A DNA stretch of 64,000 nt. Source: Candidatus Velthaea sp. (lineage in GTDB: Bacteria > Vulcanimicrobiota > Vulcanimicrobiia > Vulcanimicrobiales > Vulcanimicrobiaceae). Shown in pieces: positions 26,517 to 37,138 of this stretch. Below the pieces are notes generated by a model. The model saw only the letters and a program-made list of their open reading frames with translations, was not told the DNA's origin and did no database searches. Made by a program: the position numbers and the translations under genes. The stretch's first letter is position 1. Each line of letters opens with the position of its first letter. The stretch spans positions 320,001-384,000 of the forward strand of contig CBDCCS010000021.1 in the NCBI GenBank assembly GCA_965214935.1. The letters run 5' to 3'.

Positions 26517-28535
26517 ATGCAGCTGCGCCGCTTCATGGGCTTTGCACTCAGTTTAACGCTCGTCTTTTCAGTCGTTCCGGCACCGGTCTATGCCGGGCTT
26601 TCAACGTCCCAGGAAGTCGAGCTCGGTAAAGAGACCGACAAACAAGTAACCGACTCGACCAACGTCGTCGGCGATCCGCTACTCAACGCTTGGGTAAACG
26701 GCGTAACCGGCAAGCTGTGGGCGCAAGTCGCGCGCAAAGACGTGCCATACAACATCAAAGTGCTGGACGTTGCCGATATCAACGCGTTCTCGACCCTCGG
26801 CGGTTACGTCTACGTCAATGAGGGCACGCTCGATTTCGTTCAATCCGATGACGAATTGGCCGGCGTGCTCGGTCATGAAACCGGACACATCGAACGTCGC
26901 CATGCCGTCACGTCGCAAAATAAAGCGAGCATCGTCAATCTGCTGCTGGGGGTGGGCTCGCTTTTTTCCCCGATCTTGTATCGCTTCGGACAAATAATCG
27001 AAGCCGGCGCGCTGGCCAAAATATCCCGCCTCGACGAAACGGAAGCCGACAAGTATGGCTTGATGCTCATGTCGCGTGCAGGTTATGACCCCGACGCGAT
27101 GGTCTCGTTCATGCAGCATCTCGGAGCCGTCGAAAACGAACATAACGGCTTACTCGATAAGTATTTGGCCGATCATCCCGGCGTTCCCAACCGCGTATCG
27201 CATCTGGTCGGCTACACCGAACTCGATCCCACCAAGCGGACGACGGATCAGCGTGAAGCCGCGGCGCTGCACAATCTCGATGAAGCTCGGTATGCGATTG
27301 CGGCGCGGGAATTCACTGGTCTTGTGAAACTCGATCCCAACGATACCGTTGCACAGTATCATCTCGGTGAAGCGGAGCTGGCCTTGGGCCAGACGTCGCG
27401 CGGCGAAGAGAATCTTGCCGATGCCGCCGCCAAGGGTACGCCGCAAACCCGCACGTTGGCGCTCAATCGCATCGCCGGCGCGCGCGACACCGAGAAGCGG
27501 CTGAATTTTCTGCATCCGAATTTACAGCCGCTGCGCGATGCAATGACGCAAGCGCAGAACGATCAAGTCGCCGCCGCTACGGCGATCGCGAGCCGCCGCG
27601 ATGCCGGCCGCGATCAGCTCAAAGCGATGTCGAGCCGAATCGAAAACATCGCGTACGAGTTGCCGGACTTCTCGCGCGTTCAAACCCGGCGCGGCAGCCG
27701 GCTCGATGCGATCATGCACAACCTGACCGGCATGAGCCGCTCGCTCGATACCGCCATCGGCAAAGCGCAAGAGACGATCGGCGGGGTCGGGACGCTCGAA
27801 CGCAATAAAGAAGGCGGCTTGTTGAAAGACAGCACCGATATCCTCAACGATCTCGCGGCTCCGCTGCGGTCGAATGCCCCGAGCCCGCAAGCGCTTTCAA
27901 CCTACGCCTACTATCCACGCATGCTCGCCAATGTGTCGGATGCCGACGGCGATATGGTGCGAGCCGTCGATGCGTCGCGCGCATCGTTGGCAATGCTTGA
28001 TGTCGGCTTGGGCGATCTGGATAAGTTCGTACGCGAACTCATGCGCGTCCAATTCGATATGACCGGTGACATCTCGATGATGGATTACAAACATCTCGAG
28101 CCGGCGATGACCACGGCAGCCGCTTCACTCAACCGGTCGGCAATTGCATCGTCGCAGGCAAACCAGCTCTTCATGATGGCCCGCTCGCGTCAATTGATGA
28201 CGCGCATCGACGCGTTGGGTTTGAGTTCGTCGGCGGACCGTTACGATACGTTGCGCGCCGCGCTCAACGATCGTTTTGCCAATGAAAGCCCCAGCTACGA
28301 TGAACTGCTGCATGCGAACCTCACGCCCGGTCAAGTTGCCGCCGCCTCGGTTGTCTCCGCCGACACGAATGTTTCGCCGGCCGTGATCGAGCAGGAAGCA
28401 CAGACCACGCATCGCTCGGTGATCGACATCGCCAACGAGCGCGGTATGCATGCCGAAGCCCTCGAGATCATGCTCGGACTCGTCTATATGGACTACGTCG
28501 ACGATCCGGAGAAGGAAGCCCGCGGAAAAACGTAA
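26517..28535 (+). CDS. Exported M48 metalloprotease with TPR and helical C-terminal region (BepA-like)
   Basis: Signal peptide, INAFS..GGYVYV, HETGH (HExxH), E.EAD, AGYDP, YLADHP. Confidence 0.85.
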   Translation: MQLRRFMGFALSLTLVFSVVPAPVYAGLSTSQEVELGKETDKQVTDSTNVVGDPLLNAWVNGVTGKLWAQVARKDVPYNIKVLDVADINAFSTLGGYVYVNEGTLDFVQSDDELAGVLGHETGHIERRHAVTSQNKASIVNLLLGVGSLFSPILYRFGQIIEAGALAKISRLDETEADKYGLMLMSRAGYDPDAMVSFMQHLGAVENEHNGLLDKYLADHPGVPNRVSHLVGYTELDPTKRTTDQREAAALHNLDEARYAIAAREFTGLVKLDPNDTVAQYHLGEAELALGQTSRGEENLADAAAKGTPQTRTLALNRIAGARDTEKRLNFLHPNLQPLRDAMTQAQNDQVAAATAIASRRDAGRDQLKAMSSRIENIAYELPDFSRVQTRRGSRLDAIMHNLTGMSRSLDTAIGKAQETIGGVGTLERNKEGGLLKDSTDILNDLAAPLRSNAPSPQALSTYAYYPRMLANVSDADGDMVRAVDASRASLAMLDVGLGDLDKFVRELMRVQFDMTGDISMMDYKHLEPAMTTAAASLNRSAIASSQANQLFMMARSRQLMTRIDALGLSSSADRYDTLRAALNDRFANESPSYDELLHANLTPGQVAAASVVSADTNVSPAVIEQEAQTTHRSVIDIANERGMHAEALEIMLGLVYMDYVDDPEKEARGKT

Positions 28536-28566
28536 CATCCGCCCGGCGTCGGGGTACGCGCATGGT

Positions 28567-29601
28567 ATGAACGAAATGCGCGCCTCGGTCATCGGTGCCG
28601 CTGAAGTCTTTCAGCGGCTGCGTGGCTCCATCAACGTCGGGGCCGTTCAGGCCGGAGCGCGCAAACCGTTCCGGTTCTTCCTCTGCGGCGACCCGGCGCT
28701 CATCGCCGGACTCCGCGCGTTGCTGCTCGACGGTCATGGAGCCGACGGTTTTATTCCCATCGATGCAGCGGCCGTGCTCGAAACGCTCGATTCGGGCGCC
28801 GGCCGCAAGGTCGACACCTCCGATGCCCGTTGCGTCATTTTCCTCGGCCGCCCGGGCGACCGGGCCGGAGCACGGCTCGATCTCGTGGCCGGACTGAATC
28901 TGCCCATTCTCGCATTGACCGTCGATCCGCTAGCGGTCGCCGGCGGACCGGCTGCGCCGCCGGCAGGCGGCCAGATTGAAGATTACGTCGTGCCGACGCT
29001 GACGCTCGATGCGTTGCAGGGTCGTTTTCTACCGCACCTCATCGATTGCTGTCGCGGTATCGAGATCGCGGTGGGCCGGCGGCTGCCGGCGCTGCGCGAA
29101 ACGGTTGCCGCGAAGCTCACCCGTGACGCTGCGCTCAACGCGCTCAAAGTCGCCGGCGCAAGCGCGGTCGTCGACCACATACCGTTGCTCGGTGTCGTCA
29201 TCGGCGCGTTCGCGTCGGCCGGCGACATGATGGCACTCACCGGCATTCAGATGATGCTGATGCTGCAGATCGGTGCAACGTACGGCAAAGATCCCGATCT
29301 CGCTCGCGTATGGGAACTGTTGCCGATCGTGGGCGGCGGCTTAGGCTGGCGGGCGTTGTCGCGCGAACTGGCGGGCTTCATCCCGGTCGCCGGCGTGTTC
29401 ATCAAGGCCGCGATTGCCTATGCTGGAACGGTCGTGGTCGGTGAAGGCGCGCGGGTCTACTTTCAATATGGCCGCCATATGAGCGCCGCCGACGGAACCA
29501 AGCTCTATGAAGATGCCAAGGCGTCGGCCTTGACGTTCGCGCGCGATACATTTGCCCGCCTTCGCCGTGGCGGCTCGGGCGATGGGCCCAGTGCCAACTA
29601 G
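28567..29601 (+). CDS. Hypothetical protein with DUF697/EcsC-like hydrophobic C-terminal region
   Basis: Long ORF with genome-like codon usage; IP...D..ALT.IQ..M..I..YG and IPVAG pattern. Confidence 0.55.
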   Translation: MNEMRASVIGAAEVFQRLRGSINVGAVQAGARKPFRFFLCGDPALIAGLRALLLDGHGADGFIPIDAAAVLETLDSGAGRKVDTSDARCVIFLGRPGDRAGARLDLVAGLNLPILALTVDPLAVAGGPAAPPAGGQIEDYVVPTLTLDALQGRFLPHLIDCCRGIEIAVGRRLPALRETVAAKLTRDAALNALKVAGASAVVDHIPLLGVVIGAFASAGDMMALTGIQMMLMLQIGATYGKDPDLARVWELLPIVGGGLGWRALSRELAGFIPVAGVFIKAAIAYAGTVVVGEGARVYFQYGRHMSAADGTKLYEDAKASALTFARDTFARLRRGGSGDGPSAN

Positions 29602-29604
29602 CAG

Positions 29605-30360
29605 CTAGCCGGTCGCACCACGACCGAGGTGTTCGAGAAGCTCGTCGTCGCTCAGATGCGCGAACGATGCACGCAGGTTCGGTCGAATCCGCGCGGCGAT
29701 TTGCCCCGCCAAGCGCGTTCGGGCGGCCGGCTCGAGCTGGCGGCGGCGCGCAACATAGCGTTCGACCAGCTTGCGATCGGCGCTGCCGAGGCCGTCGTCG
29801 TCCGGGCGTTCGCGGGCGAACAAAGCTGCGATGGCGTCGGCGTCATACGGCTCATCGCGAACGACGATCGTGCCGGCCGCCATATCTCCCAGCCGTTTGT
29901 TTTGCGGTGACAATAGCGCCGCAGCGGCGGAAACGGCATAGAAACCTAACCCGAATTCGAGCACGCGGATGAGATTGCGAATGACGGCGGCGCCGACGTC
30001 GACGGGGAAGCCGGCGTCGCGCACCACGCGGATGCCGAGCGCTCGTTTTCCCGGCGTGCGGCCCGACCAGCATAACTCAAAAGCAATATAATAGCCGAAA
30101 TACACGATGAACAGGGCAAAGACGCCGGCCGCGCCTGCAACGGCTTGGACCGTCTTGCCAAGCGTCGCGGAAACGGGCGCTATTCTTAGAGCGGCGCTCA
30201 GCGGGCCGGCGGCAAACAGTAACGCAACGACGCCCGCCGCCGTGACGCCGAGTTGAATCGCAAAATCGAGGACGACGGCTAAGAACCGGCTGCCCAGTCC
30301 GGCAAGCTCGTACCGGATCCCGATGCTTTCACCCGTGCGGACATCAAGCGCGCGTTCCAC
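29605..30360 (-). CDS. RDD family membrane protein
   Basis: LAGLGSRFLAVVLD, GRTPGKRALGIRVV, RNLIR, KRLGDMAAGTIVV; GTG 30360 chosen as start. Confidence 0.88.
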   Translation of the reverse strand: MERALDVRTGESIGIRYELAGLGSRFLAVVLDFAIQLGVTAAGVVALLFAAGPLSAALRIAPVSATLGKTVQAVAGAAGVFALFIVYFGYYIAFELCWSGRTPGKRALGIRVVRDAGFPVDVGAAVIRNLIRVLEFGLGFYAVSAAAALLSPQNKRLGDMAAGTIVVRDEPYDADAIAALFARERPDDDGLGSADRKLVERYVARRRQLEPAARTRLAGQIAARIRPNLRASFAHLSDDELLEHLGRGATG

Positions 30361-30411
30361 GCCGGAGCGTTCAGCCGGGGCCGCCGAAGCCCCCGCAGCG
30401 AACCGCGGGCA

Positions 30412-31395
30412 ATGCAAGAAAAGCGCTTCGTCATCACACGCAAGGCGCGCTGGGAGCGCCTTGAGGCGCGGCTAACCCGGGTCGACCGGCGCGGCGTCGG
30501 TTCGCTGCTCCCGGCGGAGATCGACGAGTTGGCGTTCGATTATCGCGCGGTTACCAGCGACCTTGCCATGGCCCGCGGGCGGTCCTACGACGAGCCGCTT
30601 ATCGGCTATTTGAATCGCTTAACCGCTCGCGCGCATGCATACGTCTATCTCGGCACCGGAACGAGCGGCTGGTCGGGGGTTTGGGAGTTCGTCCGATCGG
30701 GCTTTCCGGCTGAAGCCCGTCGCTCGTGGCTGCCGATCGCGATTTGTACGATCGTTACCGCCGTGTGCGCGATCGTTGCATACGGAGCGGTGACGGCGCA
30801 GCCGGCCAACGCTTATGCACTGCTGCCGTCCGCTCAGATTCCGCATATCACTCAACGTCTGCACGATTCGAATTTCGGTTTCGACCGGACCTTTGCGCCG
30901 TTGGCATCGTCCGAGATCATCACGAACAACATCCGCGTCGCCGCTATCGCATTTGCCGGCGGTATGACCGGCGGGATTCTAACGATTTGGATCATCGTGC
31001 AGAACGGCTTGATGTTGGGCGGACTCGGCGCATTGTTCGCACAAGCGACGTTCGGCCTGGACTTTTGGGCGACGATCGCACCGCATGGTGTGCTCGAACT
31101 TAGCGCGATTCAAATCGCGGGTGGTGCCGGCTTGTTATTGGCCGGCGCAATCGTTGCACCGGGCCGGATCCGTCGCATCGATGCACTGGTCGGCAATGCG
31201 CGCCGCGCCGCGACGCTCATTATCGGGACGGCAATGCTGCTCGTTGTTGCCGGAACGATCGAAGGCTTTGTTTCGCCTCAACGGCTGGACGTCGCCGTCC
31301 GCATAACGGTCGGCGCCGTCAGCGGTTTGGCATTGCTGGCGTATCTTGCCTTTGCCGGACGACGGGCAGCGGGCAGTCCGGGCCGCAAGCTGTAA
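30412..31395 (+). CDS. SpoIIM-family (DUF95) membrane protein
   Basis: YR....DL..AR, YLN.L..RAH, IITNN, NG..LG, PHGVLEL, AG.IEGFVSP. Confidence 0.85.
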   Translation: MQEKRFVITRKARWERLEARLTRVDRRGVGSLLPAEIDELAFDYRAVTSDLAMARGRSYDEPLIGYLNRLTARAHAYVYLGTGTSGWSGVWEFVRSGFPAEARRSWLPIAICTIVTAVCAIVAYGAVTAQPANAYALLPSAQIPHITQRLHDSNFGFDRTFAPLASSEIITNNIRVAAIAFAGGMTGGILTIWIIVQNGLMLGGLGALFAQATFGLDFWATIAPHGVLELSAIQIAGGAGLLLAGAIVAPGRIRRIDALVGNARRAATLIIGTAMLLVVAGTIEGFVSPQRLDVAVRITVGAVSGLALLAYLAFAGRRAAGSPGRKL

Positions 31396-31544
31396 ATTTC
31401 ACGTTTTGCTTTGCCTCTCTACGTGCGGCGCAGCCGCCGGGTGCCGTAAACGGATACGACTAGCGTATTGCTTGCCTTGCCATTGCTTGCGTTCAGCGAA
31501 GTGTAAGGCCGAGGAGCAGCGCACGTGTACGAAGGTACGGCAAT

Positions 31545-33245
31545 TTGACCGACACTGCGGCCCTCGAAGTCAGCCCAAGTCTGCTCGATGAACCGGCCAC
31601 TATCCGTGACCGGCGAATTTCGAGCGCGCTGATCGCCCTGCTCGTGGTTGCCACCGTCGCGGCATCGCCGTTTCACGGTCAGGTGTTGCGCGTACCGGCC
31701 TTCATCCCGGCGTTCGCCGGCATTACCGGCACGGCGGACGCCATCGCCGCCGCGATGCTGCTCCGCCTGTATCGCGTCGATGGAACGCCGGTGCTGCTTG
31801 CGATGGCCGCGGCTTATGCCCTTAACGCTTTCCTGATCGTGCCGTACACCCTCACGTTTCCAGGTGTTATCGACGCACGCGGTTTTCTCGGCAACGAGCA
31901 AAGCGCTGCCTGGCTCTGGACGCTCTGGCACGCCAGCTTCCCGTTGCTGATTTTCGTCGGCGTTCGCAGCCGGCAGGCGCCGTCGCCGCACCGGCTTCAG
32001 CATCGCGATCGGACGATCGCTACCGTGGCCGGTGGCTGTGCGATTTTTGCCGCGCTGGTAAGCCTCTGGGTGACCGCCGGCCGATCGACCCTGCCCGTTC
32101 TCGTGCATGGCGGTACGTTTTCTCCGCTTTTCCGCGTTCTTGCATCGGCCGCAGCCTGCGCCAATGTCGCGGTTGTCATTCGATTGGTGTTGCGGCGACG
32201 GCCGCTGCCGGCTTTTTTCGTCTGGCTTATCGTGGCGCTATCGGCATCGGCGCTGGACACGATCCTCAATACGCTGGCGGTCGCGCGCTACAGCTTGTCC
32301 TGGTACGTCGGCAAGACCGAAACATTCACAACGGCAAGCATCGTGCTCGTGGCCCTGCTTTCCACCTCGTTCGCAATGTACGAACGGTCGGCCGTACTTA
32401 CACGCACGTTGGCGCGGACGATCGCCGACGGGGTGATCTTGCAGCGGCAGCTTACCCGCGAGCACGAGATCGCGGCAACCTTGCAGCAGGTTTCGCTGCC
32501 GCGGGAGCTTCCCGCGGCGGCCGGGTTTACGTTGCACGCGACGTACCGGCCGGCAATTAGCGACCTCACGGTCGGCGGCGATTGGTACGATGCGTTCATC
32601 CTCGACGACGGACGGCTCGCCATCACGATCGGTGACGTTGCGGGCCACGGTCTGGCGGCCTCGGTCATCATGAGTAAGTTACGTCAGTCATTGCGGCTTG
32701 CCGCTGCAATTGAGCCGGATCCAGCCCGCATGCTCGGCTTGGCCGACATGGCTCTGCGCAGCGAGCATCCGGAGACAATCGCAACGGCGTTCGTCGGTTT
32801 GCTCGATCGGGCGTCGGGCATACTGCGCTGGGCATGTGCCGGTCATCCGCCGCCCATGATCCGCTCGCGAAACGCTGACGTCATGGAACTCGACGGCCCG
32901 GCACCTCCGCTGGGAATTTACGACGCGTCGAGCGTCGCGACCAACAGCGTTACCCTTGCGCCGCAATCGTTACTCGTGGCATATACCGACGGCCTGATCG
33001 AGGCGGGTCGCGATGTTATCGCCGGCTTGACCGAGTTGCGTCAAACGCTGCAGCGTTTGCGCACGACACCGGGGCGCAATCCGGCTGAAACGCTTCTCGA
33101 GGCGATCGTCGGCGACGAGCGGCGGGACGACATTGCCATCATTACGATGGCCTATGATGGACCGCCGGTCGAAGCGCACTTTCGGCGTCCGTTCGTGGCT
33201 CTACAGCAGGCCGCGCGTCTTAACCTCGACGTAGGCGTCGAGTAG
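31545..33245 (+). CDS. Membrane sensor (MASE4-like) fused to SpoIIE/PP2C phosphatase
   Basis: About 7 TM segments with AWLWTLWH; GGDWYD, IGDVAGHG, AGHPPP, YTDGLIE, DDIA. Confidence 0.85.
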   Translation: MTDTAALEVSPSLLDEPATIRDRRISSALIALLVVATVAASPFHGQVLRVPAFIPAFAGITGTADAIAAAMLLRLYRVDGTPVLLAMAAAYALNAFLIVPYTLTFPGVIDARGFLGNEQSAAWLWTLWHASFPLLIFVGVRSRQAPSPHRLQHRDRTIATVAGGCAIFAALVSLWVTAGRSTLPVLVHGGTFSPLFRVLASAAACANVAVVIRLVLRRRPLPAFFVWLIVALSASALDTILNTLAVARYSLSWYVGKTETFTTASIVLVALLSTSFAMYERSAVLTRTLARTIADGVILQRQLTREHEIAATLQQVSLPRELPAAAGFTLHATYRPAISDLTVGGDWYDAFILDDGRLAITIGDVAGHGLAASVIMSKLRQSLRLAAAIEPDPARMLGLADMALRSEHPETIATAFVGLLDRASGILRWACAGHPPPMIRSRNADVMELDGPAPPLGIYDASSVATNSVTLAPQSLLVAYTDGLIEAGRDVIAGLTELRQTLQRLRTTPGRNPAETLLEAIVGDERRDDIAIITMAYDGPPVEAHFRRPFVALQQAARLNLDVGVE

Positions 33246-34520
33246 ACCGATCGTCAAATCGCGGGCCGGAACGTCGACGACACCGATGCCCCGGCTGCGC
33301 AGCGCCGCGACGGCCGCTGCGCGCTCCGCTGCGAGCTTGACGGCGACGCTCGTCCGATACACGTCCGTGACGGTCAACGGCGGAGCATGCAGCGCGTCGG
33401 CGATCGCCGCGTCGTTCATGAGCACGACGAGGACCAGATGATGCGGCGCAAGGAGCGCGAGCGACGATAACACCGCGCCGGACGCGGCGGGATCGAACAA
33501 GTCGGTAAAGACGACGATAAGGCTGCGCTTGCGATAGCGGCGGCGCAGGCTGAGCGCCGCTCGCTCGTAATCGGACTCCTCGAAGTGCGGTTCTAATTCG
33601 CTCAACGCATCGGTCAGTGCGACGGTCTGCGCGCTGCCGGACCGCGGCCCGACTGTCGCTAGCGTCGTAACGGCAAAGGCATGGAGGCCGACGCTGTCAC
33701 CCGAGCGCCGAGCGATCGAAGCGATCGCGAGCGCCGAAGACACGGCATAATCGAGTTTGCGGCGGTCACCCAGCCGGACACTCATGAGCCGGCCGGCATC
33801 GACCGCGACGACGATCTGCTGGCTGCGCTCGACTTCGTATTGCGCCACCATCACCTTGCCTCGGCGCGCGGTCGCTTTCCAATCGATCGTCCGGAATGGA
33901 TCGCCGGCGGCGTAGTCGCGCAGACTTTCAAAGTCGGTACCGCTGCCGCGCCGGCGTATGCGGCGTAAACCGCTATTGATGAGCGTGGTACGATTCGCCA
34001 ACTCACTGCCGGCAAGTTCGTGCAGATCGGGTCGAATGAGACACGGGACAGCGACGCCGACGCGAATCCGCCGGCGAACGAAACCGAGCGGCGACTCGAA
34101 CCAAGCGAAGGCAACCCCCACGGTCGTTCGGCCGCGCTCGCGTGGAATGAAGCCGACGGCAACGGTCGTTCGGCCCGCTGCGGCAACGGAGCCCCGCGCC
34201 GGACGCAACGCAACCTCGAGCTTGGCGGCCGGGGCCTCGAAGATCGCAAAGCGCAATCTCGTCGCGGAACGGTTGACGACATCATAGCGAAACGAATCTG
34301 AGCGCGCGAGCATGAACTGAGCCGGCACCGATCGCACGATCTCGGGCGCGCGCGCGACCATCGCTGCATCCGCGGCCAAGACCGCACACGCCGCCGCGAG
34401 CGCGCAGCCGACGGCGACCGGCCAAGGCACCGCGAGCGTCGCCCATCCGCTTACGAGCGCCAAGCCGCAGAGGGCAACGATGCCGCGCGGCCCCACCCAT
34501 GCGGGCGGAAAGGCATTCAC
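33201..34520 (-). CDS. DUF58 (vWA-like) protein, MoxR partner
   Basis: [35 protein letters not shown]. Confidence 0.88.
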   Translation of the reverse strand: MNAFPPAWVGPRGIVALCGLALVSGWATLAVPWPVAVGCALAAACAVLAADAAMVARAPEIVRSVPAQFMLARSDSFRYDVVNRSATRLRFAIFEAPAAKLEVALRPARGSVAAAGRTTVAVGFIPRERGRTTVGVAFAWFESPLGFVRRRIRVGVAVPCLIRPDLHELAGSELANRTTLINSGLRRIRRRGSGTDFESLRDYAAGDPFRTIDWKATARRGKVMVAQYEVERSQQIVVAVDAGRLMSVRLGDRRKLDYAVSSALAIASIARRSGDSVGLHAFAVTTLATVGPRSGSAQTVALTDALSELEPHFEESDYERAALSLRRRYRKRSLIVVFTDLFDPAASGAVLSSLALLAPHHLVLVVLMNDAAIADALHAPPLTVTDVYRTSVAVKLAAERAAAVAALRSRGIGVVDVPARDLTIGLLDAYVEVKTRGLL

Positions 34521-35473
34521 TCGCGCGGCGCCGGGACCGTACCGACGATTCGCGTCACGATCGTTTTGGCGTCGATGCCTTCGAGTTCGGCCTCCGGACG
34601 CGCGATGACCCGGTGCTCGAGGACCAGCGGCGCAACGCGTTTGACATCGTCGGGCGTCGCGAACGAGCGGCCATCGATCGCCGCCGCAGCCTGCGCCGCT
34701 CGCACGAGCGCAAGCGTCGCGCGCGGACTGGCGCCGAGCGCCACGTCTGCAGCCGAACGGGTCGCCGCCGCCAAGGCATAGATATAGCCTTGCAGCGATT
34801 CGGCGACGTGCACGCCGCGGACGTCGGCTTGCGCTCCGATAACGTCGACAGCGCTGGCGACGGCGACCACGCCGGCCGCCTCGAGTTCGCGCGCATCGAA
34901 GCCGGCGACGGCACGAGCGATAAGGACACGCTCCTGGGCGGCTGACGGGTACGTGGTAAGCGTACGAACGAGAAAGCGATCGAGCTGGGCCTCAGGCAGC
35001 GGATACGTGCCCTCAAATTCGACCGGATTCTGCGTCGCGCAGACCATAAACGGCGCCGGCAGCAGTTGCGCTTCACCGTCGATGGTCGCTTGACGCTCTT
35101 CCATTGCTTCGAGCAACGCCGACTGCGTCTTGGGCGGAGTTCGGTTGATCTCATCGGCGAGCAGCAAGTTGGTGAAGATCGGTCCGCGGCGCAGCGAAAA
35201 CGCAGCGTCGCGCGGATCGAAAACGGTCGTGCCGACGACATCCGACGGCATGAGATCGGGCGTAAACGCGATGCGCCGAAATTGCAGGCCGAGTAGCCGC
35301 GCGAGCAGCCGGACGATCAACGTCTTGGCGGTCCCGGGCACGCCTTCGAGCAAAATATGTCCGCCGGCCAGGAGCGCAACGAGCAACGCGAAGAGCGTTT
35401 CGTCATTACCGACGACGACGCGTTCGAGTCCGGCCTGCAAACGCCGTGCGACGTCCGTCGCGAGCTCCGTCAT
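34517..35473 (-). CDS. MoxR-family AAA+ ATPase
   Basis: [52 protein letters not shown]. Confidence 0.93.
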   Translation of the reverse strand: MTELATDVARRLQAGLERVVVGNDETLFALLVALLAGGHILLEGVPGTAKTLIVRLLARLLGLQFRRIAFTPDLMPSDVVGTTVFDPRDAAFSLRRGPIFTNLLLADEINRTPPKTQSALLEAMEERQATIDGEAQLLPAPFMVCATQNPVEFEGTYPLPEAQLDRFLVRTLTTYPSAAQERVLIARAVAGFDARELEAAGVVAVASAVDVIGAQADVRGVHVAESLQGYIYALAAATRSAADVALGASPRATLALVRAAQAAAAIDGRSFATPDDVKRVAPLVLEHRVIARPEAELEGIDAKTIVTRIVGTVPAPRE

Positions 35474-36485
35474 AGTCCGAATCCTTCCGTTGCGCATACG
35501 CGTGTTGCGCGAGAGTCAGCAGTTGTGCATCGGTGCTCGGCGCGGCCGAGCCGGCGGCAACGAGCGCGCTTGCCGTCGCACGCGCCTGCGTGCGCTCGTA
35601 AAGACTTGCAAGCGCATCTAAAAATTCGACCGACGTCGGCTCGCGTTCCGGACTCAGCCGCATCGGCGGCCCGCTGCCGAACAAGCCGCCGATGAACGCC
35701 AGCAGGCCGGCAACGGCAACGATGCTCAACGCAACGCGCGTCGGTAGACCGAGTGCACGGTACCAGGGCCGGTCGATTAAAGCGCCGTGAATGCCGTCGT
35801 CAAAGGCGACGACGCCGCCGCTTCTGCGCGGGACGCCGATCAGATAGGCCAGCCGTGCATTGCCGCCGGCGGCTATGTTCGCATTATCGAACGGAACCGT
35901 ATCGACGACGGCAACGACCTCACCCCGGCCCAACGGATAACGCACCACGATATCTCCGTTGCGATCGGAGAGCTCGGCTCGGCCGCTATGTTCGACGAGC
36001 AGCATGCGGTCCGCGCCGATCCGCTCGACGGTTCCGACGAGCGTAGCGTAGCTGCCGCGTAGCTTCCCGCGGGTGCCGACGTCGCGCAACAGCAGCGGTA
36101 ATTCGAGCAGCGCGCGTTCAGGCTTGGCAAGCCCGGCGTGCCGGCCGATGTAGACCAAACGTCCGCCGGCGCGTACCCATGCGGCCATCGACGCAAGATC
36201 GGCGGCGGTTCGCACAGCCGGATCGGTAAACGCGGGTAACGGCTGCGCGGAGATGAGCGTATCGATCCGCCCGTCGAGTTCGATCGGGCGCAGAACGAAG
36301 CGCGTGACGGCGACTCGCTCGCGGTCGAGCAGTGTCGACCAAGCATGATAGCCGCCACCGGCAAAGTCGGTGCTGGCATACGTGTCGCCGGCGGGTGCCG
36401 GATTCCGCGCCGTTACGACTGCGACGGCCGCCAGCAAGAGCACGGCAACGATCGACGCTGCGCCGGTCGGCCCGATCCGTTTCAG
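35406..36485 (-). CDS. DUF4350-like membrane protein
   Basis: N-terminal TM, ST...GG, WV..GG.L, G.GEVV, N..I...N, FD..HG, second TM; start is GTG 36443 or CTG 36485. Confidence 0.7.
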   Translation of the reverse strand: MKRIGPTGAASIVAVLLLAAVAVVTARNPAPAGDTYASTDFAGGGYHAWSTLLDRERVAVTRFVLRPIELDGRIDTLISAQPLPAFTDPAVRTAADLASMAAWVRAGGRLVYIGRHAGLAKPERALLELPLLLRDVGTRGKLRGSYATLVGTVERIGADRMLLVEHSGRAELSDRNGDIVVRYPLGRGEVVAVVDTVPFDNANIAAGGNARLAYLIGVPRRSGGVVAFDDGIHGALIDRPWYRALGLPTRVALSIVAVAGLLAFIGGLFGSGPPMRLSPEREPTSVEFLDALASLYERTQARATASALVAAGSAAPSTDAQLLTLAQHAYAQRKDSDYDGARDGRRTAFAGRTRTRRRR

Positions 36486-37138
36486 CCCGCAGCTCCGAAG
36501 AAACGATCGTAACTCTGCGTCATGCGAGCAAACAGCTCGTCGCGCGGCTCGGATGCGGCAAACAAAGCAACGACTGCGTCCCGCACGAGTTCATCGAAAG
36601 CCGGGTCGGCGACAACGCGCCGGTACTCGCCCGGCGTGCGCGCCGCATCGTAGCCGACCTTGCCGCGTTCGTCGAGTTCGCGTGTCGCGGCAGTGAAGAG
36701 GAGTCCGGCGGCATCCCGGTAGCGTCCGGCGCGAGCCGCCGCCAGCGCGGCTTGACGCAATTCGGCCGCCCGTACGCCGGCCGCCGAAGGGGCGTCGCTG
36801 CGCCGCACATTTCGGCTGCGCGCGTCCCGGCGGACCGACCGGATAAGCCGAAAAAGACAGAAACCCAGCAGCCCGATCGCCGCTGCAATCAGCACGAAGC
36901 CGATTGCGGGTCCGAACGGGTTTGCGCCGCCCAGCACGTGGTCGAGCGTGTGAAAAAACCGCTGTAAGAGTGCACGCAACGAGTCGCCCAGCACATCGAG
37001 CCACGACCGTTGCGCCGGCGATTCGGCCGCGCGCGCGATGTACCGCGGATCGGCGACGATGGCGCGAGCAACATCGCGTGGATCGCGGTTGGGCCAGGGC
37101 GCGGTTCGCAGTTCGGGCCGAGGCAGCCGAGCGATCAG
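36482..37138 (-). CDS. DUF4129-like membrane protein
   Basis: One TM then A..G.YR.A...LF.A....L, RT.GEY; start uncertain, CTG 37138 proposed. Confidence 0.65.
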   Translation of the reverse strand: MIARLPRPELRTAPWPNRDPRDVARAIVADPRYIARAAESPAQRSWLDVLGDSLRALLQRFFHTLDHVLGGANPFGPAIGFVLIAAAIGLLGFCLFRLIRSVRRDARSRNVRRSDAPSAAGVRAAELRQAALAAARAGRYRDAAGLLFTAATRELDERGKVGYDAARTPGEYRRVVADPAFDELVRDAVVALFAASEPRDELFARMTQSYDRFFGAAG

